Of a stretch of DNA of 64,000 nt, positions 11,292 to 21,669 are shown in pieces (position 1 is the stretch's first letter; each line of letters starts with the position of its first letter). Below the pieces are notes generated by a model. That model was not told the origin of the DNA. It ran no database searches and was given only the letters and a program-made list of their open reading frames with translations. The position numbers and the translations under genes are program-made. Origin of the DNA: Tetramitus jugosus (lineage: Eukaryota; Protista; Heterolobosea). Where the stretch lies: contig OW569372.1 of the NCBI GenBank assembly GCA_937625935.1, forward strand, positions 1-64,000, written 5' to 3'.

Positions 11292-13310
11292 CTAGAATTG
11301 TGTGGCTCTGAATTGAGAGCACCAGGAAACAATACTAGGATGCTTTTCAACTACTTCCTTAGGCTTCTTGTACTCTTCATACCAAATAAATAATCGAGGG
11401 ACAACTACTTGCGAGCCCACTTCATCACGATAGTTTTGTTCCCATGCAGTTACCTTCTTTTTCCCGAGGTACTGAACAACGAGAGCAAACTCGGGTTCTA
11501 CTTTTTGAGGTTCATTTGTTTTCATTTCCATTCTCATAAAGAATTCAGATGAATTCTTCCTGATGGTCGTGAGTGTTGCGAAGAGGTTGTCCGTGAACTG
11601 AGGATAAAACAAAACAATCTTGTCGACACACCGTGAGGTATGTTTGTTACGTTGTCCTTTGACTTCTACAATTAAAACATGAGTATTAATGATTTGTCAT
11701 TCTTGAAATTAAAGTTGTAATACTAACTTTCATATCGGTCTTCAAAAGTGGTATCAACAGAGAGGAATGCATACAATGTTGCTTTGGTTCCAAAAATATC
11801 TTCACTGTTGTGTATAGTTGTTGGACTCAAATAAACTCTGTTCGATAAGACTAACCATAGCAGTTGATTCATCTGAAGGAGAAAACTAGTTAATCAACTT
11901 TTCAATACAAAAATGTAAAAGGGGTGAGGCAAAACATACAGCGTCATTCGATAGTTCATTAAGACTGTCTTTTTCCAATAGTTCTTTTAGATGATTTAGA
12001 GTTGGAATCTGATCAAAATTGGCTAGCACGCTATAGGCATAAACAGACCATTCCTTTTGCTTATCATGATAGAGACATGGAAATGGTGCAAAATGGCCCT
12101 CTTTGTCCGTACTCACACTCAACAATATGTATCTCAAAACGTGTTCCTCATACTTGAGATAATGTCGTAATAATGAAAATCCAAAGCCAGAGCTTCTTGC
12201 CTTATTCAAGTACTTCATAGTGTTTGCGAATCCGGGCCTAAAACCCGGTGTAATAGTTCTTCCAGATACCAAACACTTTGAATTACATGTACGAATCTCT
12301 GATTGTACCAACTTCACAATTTTAGATAGGACACCACAGGAGAAATTTCTTCTCACCTCTTCAAAGAGGGAATAGAAATGCGTGTACCTCCGAAAGAAAC
12401 TAACAATTGAGTTTTGAAGAAGAATCGACAAACCAAAATCATTTCGATTTTGGTTCATCTGCATTGCCACCCTCAGAAGGGACGTGAAATCATCTGAATC
12501 AACATGTCCACCCTTATCTCTTTGTTCCTTTTCCCCTACGTCTTGTGGTGAAACGTCATTTAGTCTTGATGGCTGAAATACTTGTACATGCACAGATTTA
12601 TCATCTATTCTATTGATGTACACACTTGACAATCCAAAATGCAATCTCAAGTACACCACTATCTCACTGTCTTTGTCAATAAATCTCCCACTAAAGTAAT
12701 TACTCGATGCTGTGGGAAGCAAATGTGTAGCATTCAATGCAAGAAGGATGTGAACTTGACCACTGTGCTCACAACTGCGCGCTTCTGTTTTCATCATTTC
12801 CTCGTGCGTCACAACAACGATATCATGTCCCTGTTGTGACAATTGTTTGGATTCTGTTCTGAAGCTGTCAATAATGGCTTGATAAGAAGGGATACTTGAT
12901 CCGTGGATAAGGAATGGCTCATAAAGAGCCTTTTCAATGTACATGAGAGTAGCTATCTTCTGTCGTCTGTTTATCGTTGCTTTGGGACGAATTGTTCGTC
13001 GAGTTCTGAACATGAAATAATTGCTTTATTAACATCAAGTTCGGCGTCAAGCACAAAAAACATGGAACAAATCCAAAAGAAAGCTGACATGTCAATGGAT
13101 CTAAAATCCGAAAAAGCTCGTAAACATGTCTCCAAGACTTCCTGTTCTACGGTGTTTCCTTCCCTCGGTTTCACCACTAGGTGGTGTTTCATCACCCATG
13201 TCAACTCGATCTGAAGCGTCTGGGGAAGATTGGCGAGAGCTAGATGCTCTTCTCTTGCGAAATTGATCCATTGACAAATACTCAGTGAGATCTTTCATCA
13301 TTGTATCCAT
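11292..13310 (-). CDS. PARP6/PARP8-like ADP-ribosyltransferase-fold protein, probably catalytically divergent (4 exons)
   Basis: Introns 13006-13125, 11838-11898 and 11666-11727 join the ORF pieces in frame. Segments CLVSG...FRPG, HFAPFP, ASPLLHFCI and VVVPRLFIWYE resemble PARP6/8; the HGS position reads FYP. Confidence 0.55.
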
Positions 13311-13382
13311 ATCGCCAAATCGGCGCTCAATAGATTCAATTGTAGAGAGAGTCTTTGAAATGATGGATGATGTACTCTTTTC

Positions 13383-14693
13383 TTAGTATAACATTGGCTT
13401 TTCTTCCATCTGTTGCTCTGTCTCTTCACCTAATAACTTTGAGATGTAAACAAGTATTTGAGAAACAGAAGGTCGATTCGTTGGATCCAATGTCAGACAT
13501 TGAAGTATTATATTGACTACTTCTCGATCATATAATAGCTTTAGAGTAAGCAAGTCTGCTTCAAGATCTCCATGAAATGACTTGTTTCGATAGATTTCCA
13601 AGTAAGGTAACATATCAACCTTCAGAGCCATCATCTCTAAGTATGTTACTCCTAAACTCCACACATCAGCCTTCAGCGAGTACGGCTCTCTCAAAAATAT
13701 TTCTGGTGCCATAAACTTCTGTGTTCCTGCAGTAGTTCTAGCCAATGCTTTATGTACATCCTTCACCATTCCAAAATCTCCAATCTTCAAAGTACCACGA
13801 GCTGAAATAAATATATTCATGGGTTTCAAATCTCTATGCAACAAACTCCGATCGTGCAGATACAGAAGACCACTTGCTAATTGTTTCATCATCAACAATA
13901 AGTCTACTTGTGGTATATAGTTCTTATTCTCTAATCGCTTATTGATATGACGATGTAAATCTCCTTTTGAAAACAACTCCATTACTAAACATACAGCAAA
14001 TTGTTTTCCCTTTCGATCCACACAATCCTCAAAGTAGATATCATTACAGGAAACTAAATTTTCATGTTCGAGTGTTCGTATTGGCCAAACTTCTCGCATT
14101 GCTCTATTCACCTGCTCACTACTCTTGCAGTAAATTTTCTTGATGGCAACGTCAATGTTATTATGCTTATCAAATGCACGGAATACGCTTCCCATCCCTC
14201 CTTTCCCAATAAGCTTCTTAATCTTAAATCTTTCTTCGAAACTCATTTCACTCTTGTCCTGACTATCAGTTATAGATTGACTCAGAGATATGCTTTCTTC
14301 CATACTGGATTCACGGTGATCAAAATGTTCCGAATTATGATCTTTCATTGGTTCTGGCAATATATTCTCCTCCCTTGATTCAGTCGGTAGTTGATCGCTG
14401 TGCTGAGAACAAAGGCTCATCATTGAATCTCGTTCATGAATCCTGTGCATTGTTGAGCTTTGATCCAGCTCTTGAGTTCCAGAAGCCTCCATATATTCAT
14501 CATCACTATCACTACTGTTATCTTTACCAACCAAATTTGAAATTGATGTGTCGTCTTTGCTAGATGATACTCCTTCTCTGACATCTGATGAGAAAATCGA
14601 GTAATGATCATCAATTTTCAGTGATAATATTGCTATCACTTCGCGTTCTCTTCTCAACGGCACACCCACAATCTTTCCTCTGTTTCTCTCCAT
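13383..14693 (-). CDS. Ser/Thr protein kinase, NEK-like
   Basis: GKGGMG, VAIKK, HRDLKPMN, DFG, FMAPE, DVWSLG. Confidence 0.93.
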   Translation of the reverse strand: MERNRGKIVGVPLRREREVIAILSLKIDDHYSIFSSDVREGVSSSKDDTSISNLVGKDNSSDSDDEYMEASGTQELDQSSTMHRIHERDSMMSLCSQHSDQLPTESREENILPEPMKDHNSEHFDHRESSMEESISLSQSITDSQDKSEMSFEERFKIKKLIGKGGMGSVFRAFDKHNNIDVAIKKIYCKSSEQVNRAMREVWPIRTLEHENLVSCNDIYFEDCVDRKGKQFAVCLVMELFSKGDLHRHINKRLENKNYIPQVDLLLMMKQLASGLLYLHDRSLLHRDLKPMNIFISARGTLKIGDFGMVKDVHKALARTTAGTQKFMAPEIFLREPYSLKADVWSLGVTYLEMMALKVDMLPYLEIYRNKSFHGDLEADLLTLKLLYDREVVNIILQCLTLDPTNRPSVSQILVYISKLLGEETEQQMEEKPMLY

Positions 14694-14777
14694 AAATTGA
14701 CAATCAATTGGTAAAACTGATTACCCTAAACTGACATGATATTTTGGTTTCTGAACACAGGAAAGGTGGAATCGCCT

Positions 14778-17408
14778 CTACACATTTTTGGTTTCGTCTC
14801 CGTTCTTGTCTCCATATACTTGTTTACATGCCCTATCAAGAATAGAAGCCAGTAAGCCAGGGTAAGACATCTTGTAATCTCTTTCTAATGCATTCCAATG
14901 TATCAAAGTTGTGACTCTATTACGTCTCAACATCTGAAGATCCTCTTGGACTTCGATATCTTCCAACCCCATTCGCTCATATTCATTCCTGACCAGATCC
15001 CTCACCAACGTATCTTCTTGTAACTTATCAGCATCTCGCAACATAGCCATTGTACCGCTTGATGACCGATCATTTGGCTTCAGATATTGCTGTGCCATCT
15101 CACTCAATAAAGAAAAAGAACTCTGCTGAAGAGATTTCGTGTCCGCAATACTGGTCAATATTTCCACCATCGCCTTGCCAAAAAATTCTTCAAAAGCCGT
15201 TTCTCCCAGAATGACAACCTCCATACCCTCAGGAATCTGAATAGAACACTTCCGAGAAGAGTCTGAATGAATAAATGAATCTCCAGTCCAACTGAATTGA
15301 CCAGAGTCGATACGGCATATGTTTTCCGACTCGAATAATCTTCGAAAGGTGTTATGAGTCCTACACATAATAAAAAGAGTAAACTTCTTAATAATAGACC
15401 CGTCGATTATAGCTCCTGCTTTGTCAATCTCGTCTTGCAATTTTGAAACATCAAAATTTGATCCAAGGCCATAATTCTTTAGCGCAAATCCAACCATGAG
15501 GCCATCCACAGGATAGAAATATAGATCACAAGCCTTAGACATCGGCTTGGACTTGTGAAGGCATTTCACTTTGCATATTTTCTGAACAATCCACTTCCAG
15601 TCTTCTGGTGAAACATCACGACTCCAAGGAAGAGATATGACTTCCTCTCGCTGTTGAACATTCAATGTCTTCTTTCGGTTTGTTGAAATCTTGGGAAGAA
15701 AGACCATTTCTGACAAATTGATATCCACCACCAATTCAGATAAATGATTAGATTCAGAATAAAACTGAGAAACATCTTTCCACTGAAGATTTTTCTTCAT
15801 CTGTTGCAAGGACAATATTCTCATAATAATCGTATTAGAAGTCAAATACTCCAAAAGTTCACCTTGATTCAAAATGGAAGCGTGTTTCTGGAACCCTTTG
15901 AGTAAGCTGAGATGCTGTGTCGCAGGTTCATCCATGTTTTGGATGACACATTCAGGAAACAGAACCCGATAGACAACTCGATCGACATCATCTACTTTGT
16001 CGATGTACATTGGCAAATTATGTAAAAGCTCGGTCATACTTTTAAAGGTTTTAGAAGAACCTTTGAATGTTGTATCGTTATCGGGAAATGTTACACCGAA
16101 AGCACTGAGAAGAAATATTGTTGAGAGAATTCTGTGCAAAGGTCCATCCATATTTCGAAGCAGATAAACCTCCGGAGACTTCTGTATCATGTAAAATGAA
16201 TTAGATGACTGAAATAGCCTATCAATCACGTCTCTACCTCTCAACTTCGTTGTTGAGGTACATAAAATACTCTCACACACTCTATACACTAGTCTGGGGA
16301 TACCTCCCGTATAAAAATAGAGTCTCTCACAAAAGAATGAGACATCTTCTTGTTTCAAACCGCGCGTTTCCAGAACCTTAAGTAATGGTTCCTGATCGAC
16401 CATAGTTTTTCTTATCGATTCTTCGATGTGCTTCGCGGATAGCGCCCGAAGAATAATATGAGCAGAAGGACTTGGAGAAATGTCGAGAGGCGTTAATTCT
16501 GGAATACGTTCCTTCCAGCCCAAAAGAACGAGTGGTTGTGACTTTCCAACCAAAACGAAGAATAGTCGACGTTGTTCCTTGTCGATTAACGACCCTACCA
16601 AGATAGACCAGAATTTCAGCAATCTTGACGACGAAGTGACTATATTGCCAGTTTCAAGAACCTGCACTTCGTCAAAGGATATCAAGAGAGGAGGTAACTC
16701 ATCCTGAAAGTCAATATAGTTCTTAAGAAAGTTTCCCAATGACTTCCTTTCCTCCTTCAATTTTCGTACAATATGTACATAGTTTTTCATAGGTTCAGAT
16801 CGTTCGATAGCATCACACAACGCTCCCAGAATGTTGGTATTAACCAGCTCCAAAAGTGTTTCATTCCCTTCCACATCATCAAGTGTGCCCAAATTCACTT
16901 CAATCAAGATCGCCTTATCTAAAAGGGGGTTTCTTTTAAGAGGTACATTCTTAACTTTCTCTACAACATCTCTAAAGTATCTAACGAGTGTTGTCTTACC
17001 AGAGCCGTATAGTTGAGAAAGAAAAGGCATGAAACTCTTGCTATCCGCATTCTGAAAGGTGAGACATCTATACAACTCAATAGACTCCCTTTGACGATTC
17101 ACAAAATGCATATCGAAGTTGTTGGCACTTGTGCGTGTAGGTGAGATACTCACCTCATCTGGTTGTGAATGGTATGTCTTTCCTTTATCTGGGGTTTCCA
17201 ATTTTTGGGCAATTTTTACTTTGGCAATTTTTTTGGATTTCTGTGGTGTTTCATTAAATGATTCCTGAAGCTTTCTTTTTTTTCTGAGCCTCCTGAGAGC
17301 ATTTGCTCCGCTCGCCACCAGTGTTTCACATTCCTTGCCCTTGGAAGCTATGCTGATGTTGGATGAGCTTGATTTCTGGATCTTCCTTTTTTTTCTGATA
17401 CTGAGCAT
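14778..17408 (-). CDS. Crinkler/RHS (CR)-type P-loop NTPase + restriction-endonuclease-like protein with N-terminal basic (NLS-like) repeats
   Basis: Walker A YGSGKT, Walker B LLISFDE, GGIPR, a PD-(D/E)xK-like segment (CDLYF...GFALKNY...QDEIDK), a short C-terminal helical SAM-like tail and duplicated RKKRK. Confidence 0.7.
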   Translation of the reverse strand: MLSIRKKRKIQKSSSSNISIASKGKECETLVASGANALRRLRKKRKLQESFNETPQKSKKIAKVKIAQKLETPDKGKTYHSQPDEVSISPTRTSANNFDMHFVNRQRESIELYRCLTFQNADSKSFMPFLSQLYGSGKTTLVRYFRDVVEKVKNVPLKRNPLLDKAILIEVNLGTLDDVEGNETLLELVNTNILGALCDAIERSEPMKNYVHIVRKLKEERKSLGNFLKNYIDFQDELPPLLISFDEVQVLETGNIVTSSSRLLKFWSILVGSLIDKEQRRLFFVLVGKSQPLVLLGWKERIPELTPLDISPSPSAHIILRALSAKHIEESIRKTMVDQEPLLKVLETRGLKQEDVSFFCERLYFYTGGIPRLVYRVCESILCTSTTKLRGRDVIDRLFQSSNSFYMIQKSPEVYLLRNMDGPLHRILSTIFLLSAFGVTFPDNDTTFKGSSKTFKSMTELLHNLPMYIDKVDDVDRVVYRVLFPECVIQNMDEPATQHLSLLKGFQKHASILNQGELLEYLTSNTIIMRILSLQQMKKNLQWKDVSQFYSESNHLSELVVDINLSEMVFLPKISTNRKKTLNVQQREEVISLPWSRDVSPEDWKWIVQKICKVKCLHKSKPMSKACDLYFYPVDGLMVGFALKNYGLGSNFDVSKLQDEIDKAGAIIDGSIIKKFTLFIMCRTHNTFRRLFESENICRIDSGQFSWTGDSFIHSDSSRKCSIQIPEGMEVVILGETAFEEFFGKAMVEILTSIADTKSLQQSSFSLLSEMAQQYLKPNDRSSSGTMAMLRDADKLQEDTLVRDLVRNEYERMGLEDIEVQEDLQMLRRNRVTTLIHWNALERDYKMSYPGLLASILDRACKQVYGDKNGDETKNV

Positions 17409-17665
17409 TTGCTCTACTGACCAGTTTAGGTGTTATACAGTTGCCTTCCATGTTGTTCGGAATTCCATGAAACAGCCGTAACAAACTCAATTTTTGGGAA
17501 GTTTTGGCGCGAGACAAGCGAAAAAAAGGATTGCTCCTCAGGGGAGTTTTTCCGACCCCTAGTGCAATGAAAAAAGGCGCGATACTTGGAGAACAAACAC
17601 AAGTATTGTTGGGAATACATCGAATTTGGTTTTGTGGTGAATTTTATGAAATAAAGGAATTTGGT

Positions 17666-20600
17666 TCAGTTATCCAAGATGCACGTAAATGCAGCTTCCT
17701 GACATATCGTGCATGAACAAATCGATACACACGAAGAATGGAAAGCGTGACCACACGGGAACACAATAATCTCTTGCCCTTTGCGTTCGCGGACTGGGAG
17801 TCTGCAGATCGAACATCGATCATTTTGCTCGCATTTGATCGAGACTCCCCAGTGAGATGTCGAATCCTCATTGTATCTCGACAAGGGAAGATCATACTCC
17901 AAATTTAAATGGATTTGATCCAAATTTTGTTCGTTTGTTTCAGGTGTGAATGAATTATCTTGATTTGATTTTTCCTCACAAGATGTTGGATATTGCAACA
18001 CCTTGAATGATGAATATAAATGTGATAACAGTTGAATATTTCTCCTCTCAGTCCCAGCTTTGTCTGAGAGAGCACTGGTCGTCGATGAAGGAGACAAAGT
18101 GAAGAGCGATCGAATTTGAGGACTGATGGTATCATCCTTTTGCGACCACATGTAACTATCGACCGCTTCTAAAAGCTCGTGTTTCAACTTGTTTTGTTTT
18201 GCTTCCGTGCTGGCAAACTCGCAAATTTTTTTGTACATGATGGTATTCAATTGTTCACACTGACAATCTTTCAATATTTGTAATGCCTGTGCTGAACCCT
18301 CTATCATGCACATCATACTCACAATATTCTCTATACTAATCTTGTTTGTTACACTCGATTCTTGTGCTGCTGTCAGCAATGTCATCCAATTGTCCGTACT
18401 TGAGTGATGCTCCATAAATCCTTGAATGGTTTGATGACCTTCCAATGTACTACTATTTTTCACCAGCGTTCGAATTAATTTTTGTTCATCACCTGTGGCT
18501 TCATACAAAATGAAGAGAACATCCGTGCACATATTATCAGATAACAACTGTTCCAACCTTGCAAGATCAGAAGATAGAACATTAGCTTTCCTGACAGCTT
18601 GAATCATAAGCAATACAACCATATCACGCACACTATCGAGAGATATCAAATCGAAACTCGCATCCTGCTGCTTGGAGTAATACAAGTACTTTACCATCTC
18701 CTCGAACAAGTGCATCATGAAAACTCGATTTTGCGAGCATAGAGAACTATGATTATAGGTAGACATCAGATACGATAAATATAGAGCAAACTTCGGTACA
18801 CCTGCGTACTTGAATGTCAATGTGTCATGGAGTATCTCATCTATCGCTTTGTCCACATTCCAAACTTGAATATTTGGATACAAAGAGGCGCAAAACGCAA
18901 TAGCCTTCTCAAAGTTCAAATGTAGAAGTTTTGGCAAGTATCTTAAATTGGTTGATAATTGATCAATGAGTCGTAGAGAATGCACTAGTTCATCAAACAT
19001 CAGTGTTCCATCCTGCACTTGCTTTACAATCATTTCAATCTGACTACGTTCCTGAATTAGATAGCCCTCATCTTCTTCAATCTTTAAGATAACCTGAATA
19101 CAAGGCAAAAGATGTTCCCGATTACAAACTCTAACGACTGAATTAAGTTTCAAATACTCATGCAATGTTCCAATAACCGCATTGATCATGGCCACATTAT
19201 CTGCTTCTGTATCATTTTCAATCTTTCCTTCCACTAAGTTACCAAACCAATAATTGAGAAGAGTTGAAAATTGAGCCTGATTGATACCAGTCAAAGAGTT
19301 GAGATATGGGTGAATTACAGCGACATCCTTGCTCTTCTCTTGCTTAACTGAGTGGATAACAAACTTTGCCCATTTATGTAGAGATGGCAAAAAATCTGGT
19401 GACCACATCACATTCTCGTTCGTTAATAAAAATTCGCTGTATGCTTCATTCAGTGCTCCTAGAGGAATTATAACATTCACAGAGAACTCTTCAATCACGA
19501 GCCTTTCTTTTTCTCTTTTTTGTTGCTCTAATAGCTCTATCTGTCGTTGTAATTCTTCCTGCTTTCGCAACTCTTCTTCCTCTTCAATGCGCTTTCTTTC
19601 TAACTCCTCTTTCTCTCTCTGCTTTCTCTCTTCTTCTTCCTGATTGATGCTTTCTTCGAGTGACTCTGGGTTGATTGACTCGATTGGCTCGATGGGATCT
19701 TGCGAGTATACATCCTCTGAAGACTCCTGAACTTCACTCTCAGGCTCATTCGGCTTTATATTTTCCTCTAACTGTTGTTCGTTGTTCGTATTCTCTAGTT
19801 GTCTTGGACTATTAAAAACTTCTGTTTCTAAGTCCTCATTGCCCAAATCGCTAATTTCCGTGCATGAATCAGCTTCTGATCCCAATGATAGTTGAGACTC
19901 CATGTCAGTGTTCGACGTGAACACATCGGAAAATACGCTTGATCTTTCTGAGTCAATACAAGTTCCCTTTTTTCCTTTTTTCACTCTGGCGACAGCTTTC
20001 ACACCATTTGAACTACTGTCATCAAACTCAATTAGACGCTCCCCTTTTCTCTTCTTCTTCTTTCGGCCCTTTTTATGAAGAATCAAGGGGGGAACTTGAT
20101 TCTCATCGAAAGATGTAGATAACAAAGTAGTTGGTGCTATAAGATCGCTTGGAATGACGCTTGTTGTAGTTAAATCGCTCCCAGATAGAGTGTCAACATC
20201 TAGCAACAAGTTGCTTGTGCTCTGTGCATCACTAGACGATGGAGTTTCTTGTACCGATAATTCATCATCCTGCGCGCTAGAAGTTGATTCATTTGTCTTT
20301 GTCTTCATTAATAATTGATTCACTTTGCTGAAAGAACCAAGGATGGATCTTACAGGGAATGTCGAGATAAGGTTATTCGAGTCGAAGAGAGACTCCTCAG
20401 TTCGTACAGGAGTCATTGAAAGTGGTTCAACACTATCCTCTGCTGACTCAGATGTCTTCACGTGTAAGCGGGAAACAACATTATTCTTGAGTAAAACGTA
20501 TACATCATTATTAATTGTCGAGGCACTCAATATTTCTCCAATATCTACTTTTGTCTCAATCACTCGAACTCGTGCAACATCCAAAATAGTCAAACCGGTC

Positions 20601-21667
20601 GGATTCCAAGAAACAATGTATGGACCCAAAGGACTCAACAATTCAAACTTCAAGTCTGGAGCACTACTAACAACGGGATACTTTAACGTCGATTGAACCT
20701 TGTAAGTCGTACTATCGACACACCATAAACGCCTTGAAGGCCTTGCAGCAAATATATACTCAACTAGCGGTACTGGCTCTTCGGCAATTGGTGATTCATC
20801 CTTTTTCTTTCGATCTGGGGTTGACAGAAAACATGCTCCATATGCTCCATCTCTTGGCTTAGTACCAATTCCACAATATCTTTGCTCTTTTAAATTAACA
20901 GCAACAGCCCTCTTTGTAGAAGAAACAAGTAATCGAGACTCAGATATATGGATTTGAACGATAGGACCTTCTTCCTTCAGCACACGATTCGGCCTCGATG
21001 AAATAAACAAAGAAGACTTTTTTCTCCGTTCTGCACTGTTCTCATACTCATAAACATGTCCAGTCGTATCTCCACAGAACAACTTAATGTTGTTTTGGGA
21101 CCAGCAGAGGCAAGTAATCCCTACGGGAGCGGAAGGTAAAGGATCCAACAACAACAGAGAATCATCAACTATATTCGGTTGTTGTGCTTGTGTTGCAATG
21201 GTTGCACTACACGTTTTTACATGTTCCTTGAAAGTTATCAACACCTTTGGTGTTTTTGTTACAATTTGATTTGTTAATTTGTCTACCGTTGCAAACTCAA
21301 CAATGTGAAGATTGTACTCCGAGTCAGCAACTGCCACAAATTCCTCATTAGGACTAATAGATACATGAACAATAGAAGTTGTTGTGGATCTAGTATTGTT
21401 CGCATCACTCAATGCAGTACCAGAAGAGCTATTGTTACTTTTTTTCATAGTGGTTTTCTCAAACTCTGCCGAAGAAACAACCAACAATCTCTCCAGTGAC
21501 CTTCTATCGTAAATATACAGAGTGTTGGTCCCTGTTCCCAATATGAGAAATCGTTTGCTAGCATCACAGCAAGTAAATGGAGCGAGATCGCTCTCAGCAA
21601 GAACAGCAGCATACCACTCTACTGGAGTCGTTCCATTCGTTGGCGTCGTTGGTGTCTCACTTGACAT
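17666..21667 (-). CDS. HPS5: HPS5/TECPR2-like beta-propeller + alpha-solenoid protein with C-terminal RING-H2
   Basis: GTKPRDGAYGACF and IFAARPSRRLW match the HPS5/TECPR2 propeller; C-terminal CSIC...CGHAFHSSC...CTIC; ATG at 21667. Confidence 0.75.
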   Translation of the reverse strand: MSSETPTTPTNGTTPVEWYAAVLAESDLAPFTCCDASKRFLILGTGTNTLYIYDRRSLERLLVVSSAEFEKTTMKKSNNSSSGTALSDANNTRSTTTSIVHVSISPNEEFVAVADSEYNLHIVEFATVDKLTNQIVTKTPKVLITFKEHVKTCSATIATQAQQPNIVDDSLLLLDPLPSAPVGITCLCWSQNNIKLFCGDTTGHVYEYENSAERRKKSSLFISSRPNRVLKEEGPIVQIHISESRLLVSSTKRAVAVNLKEQRYCGIGTKPRDGAYGACFLSTPDRKKKDESPIAEEPVPLVEYIFAARPSRRLWCVDSTTYKVQSTLKYPVVSSAPDLKFELLSPLGPYIVSWNPTGLTILDVARVRVIETKVDIGEILSASTINNDVYVLLKNNVVSRLHVKTSESAEDSVEPLSMTPVRTEESLFDSNNLISTFPVRSILGSFSKVNQLLMKTKTNESTSSAQDDELSVQETPSSSDAQSTSNLLLDVDTLSGSDLTTTSVIPSDLIAPTTLLSTSFDENQVPPLILHKKGRKKKKRKGERLIEFDDSSSNGVKAVARVKKGKKGTCIDSERSSVFSDVFTSNTDMESQLSLGSEADSCTEISDLGNEDLETEVFNSPRQLENTNNEQQLEENIKPNEPESEVQESSEDVYSQDPIEPIESINPESLEESINQEEEERKQREKEELERKRIEEEEELRKQEELQRQIELLEQQKREKERLVIEEFSVNVIIPLGALNEAYSEFLLTNENVMWSPDFLPSLHKWAKFVIHSVKQEKSKDVAVIHPYLNSLTGINQAQFSTLLNYWFGNLVEGKIENDTEADNVAMINAVIGTLHEYLKLNSVVRVCNREHLLPCIQVILKIEEDEGYLIQERSQIEMIVKQVQDGTLMFDELVHSLRLIDQLSTNLRYLPKLLHLNFEKAIAFCASLYPNIQVWNVDKAIDEILHDTLTFKYAGVPKFALYLSYLMSTYNHSSLCSQNRVFMMHLFEEMVKYLYYSKQQDASFDLISLDSVRDMVVLLMIQAVRKANVLSSDLARLEQLLSDNMCTDVLFILYEATGDEQKLIRTLVKNSSTLEGHQTIQGFMEHHSSTDNWMTLLTAAQESSVTNKISIENIVSMMCMIEGSAQALQILKDCQCEQLNTIMYKKICEFASTEAKQNKLKHELLEAVDSYMWSQKDDTISPQIRSLFTLSPSSTTSALSDKAGTERRNIQLLSHLYSSFKVLQYPTSCEEKSNQDNSFTPETNEQNLDQIHLNLEYDLPLSRYNEDSTSHWGVSIKCEQNDRCSICRLPVRERKGQEIIVFPCGHAFHSSCVSICSCTICQEAAFTCILDN

Positions 21668-21669
21668 TG

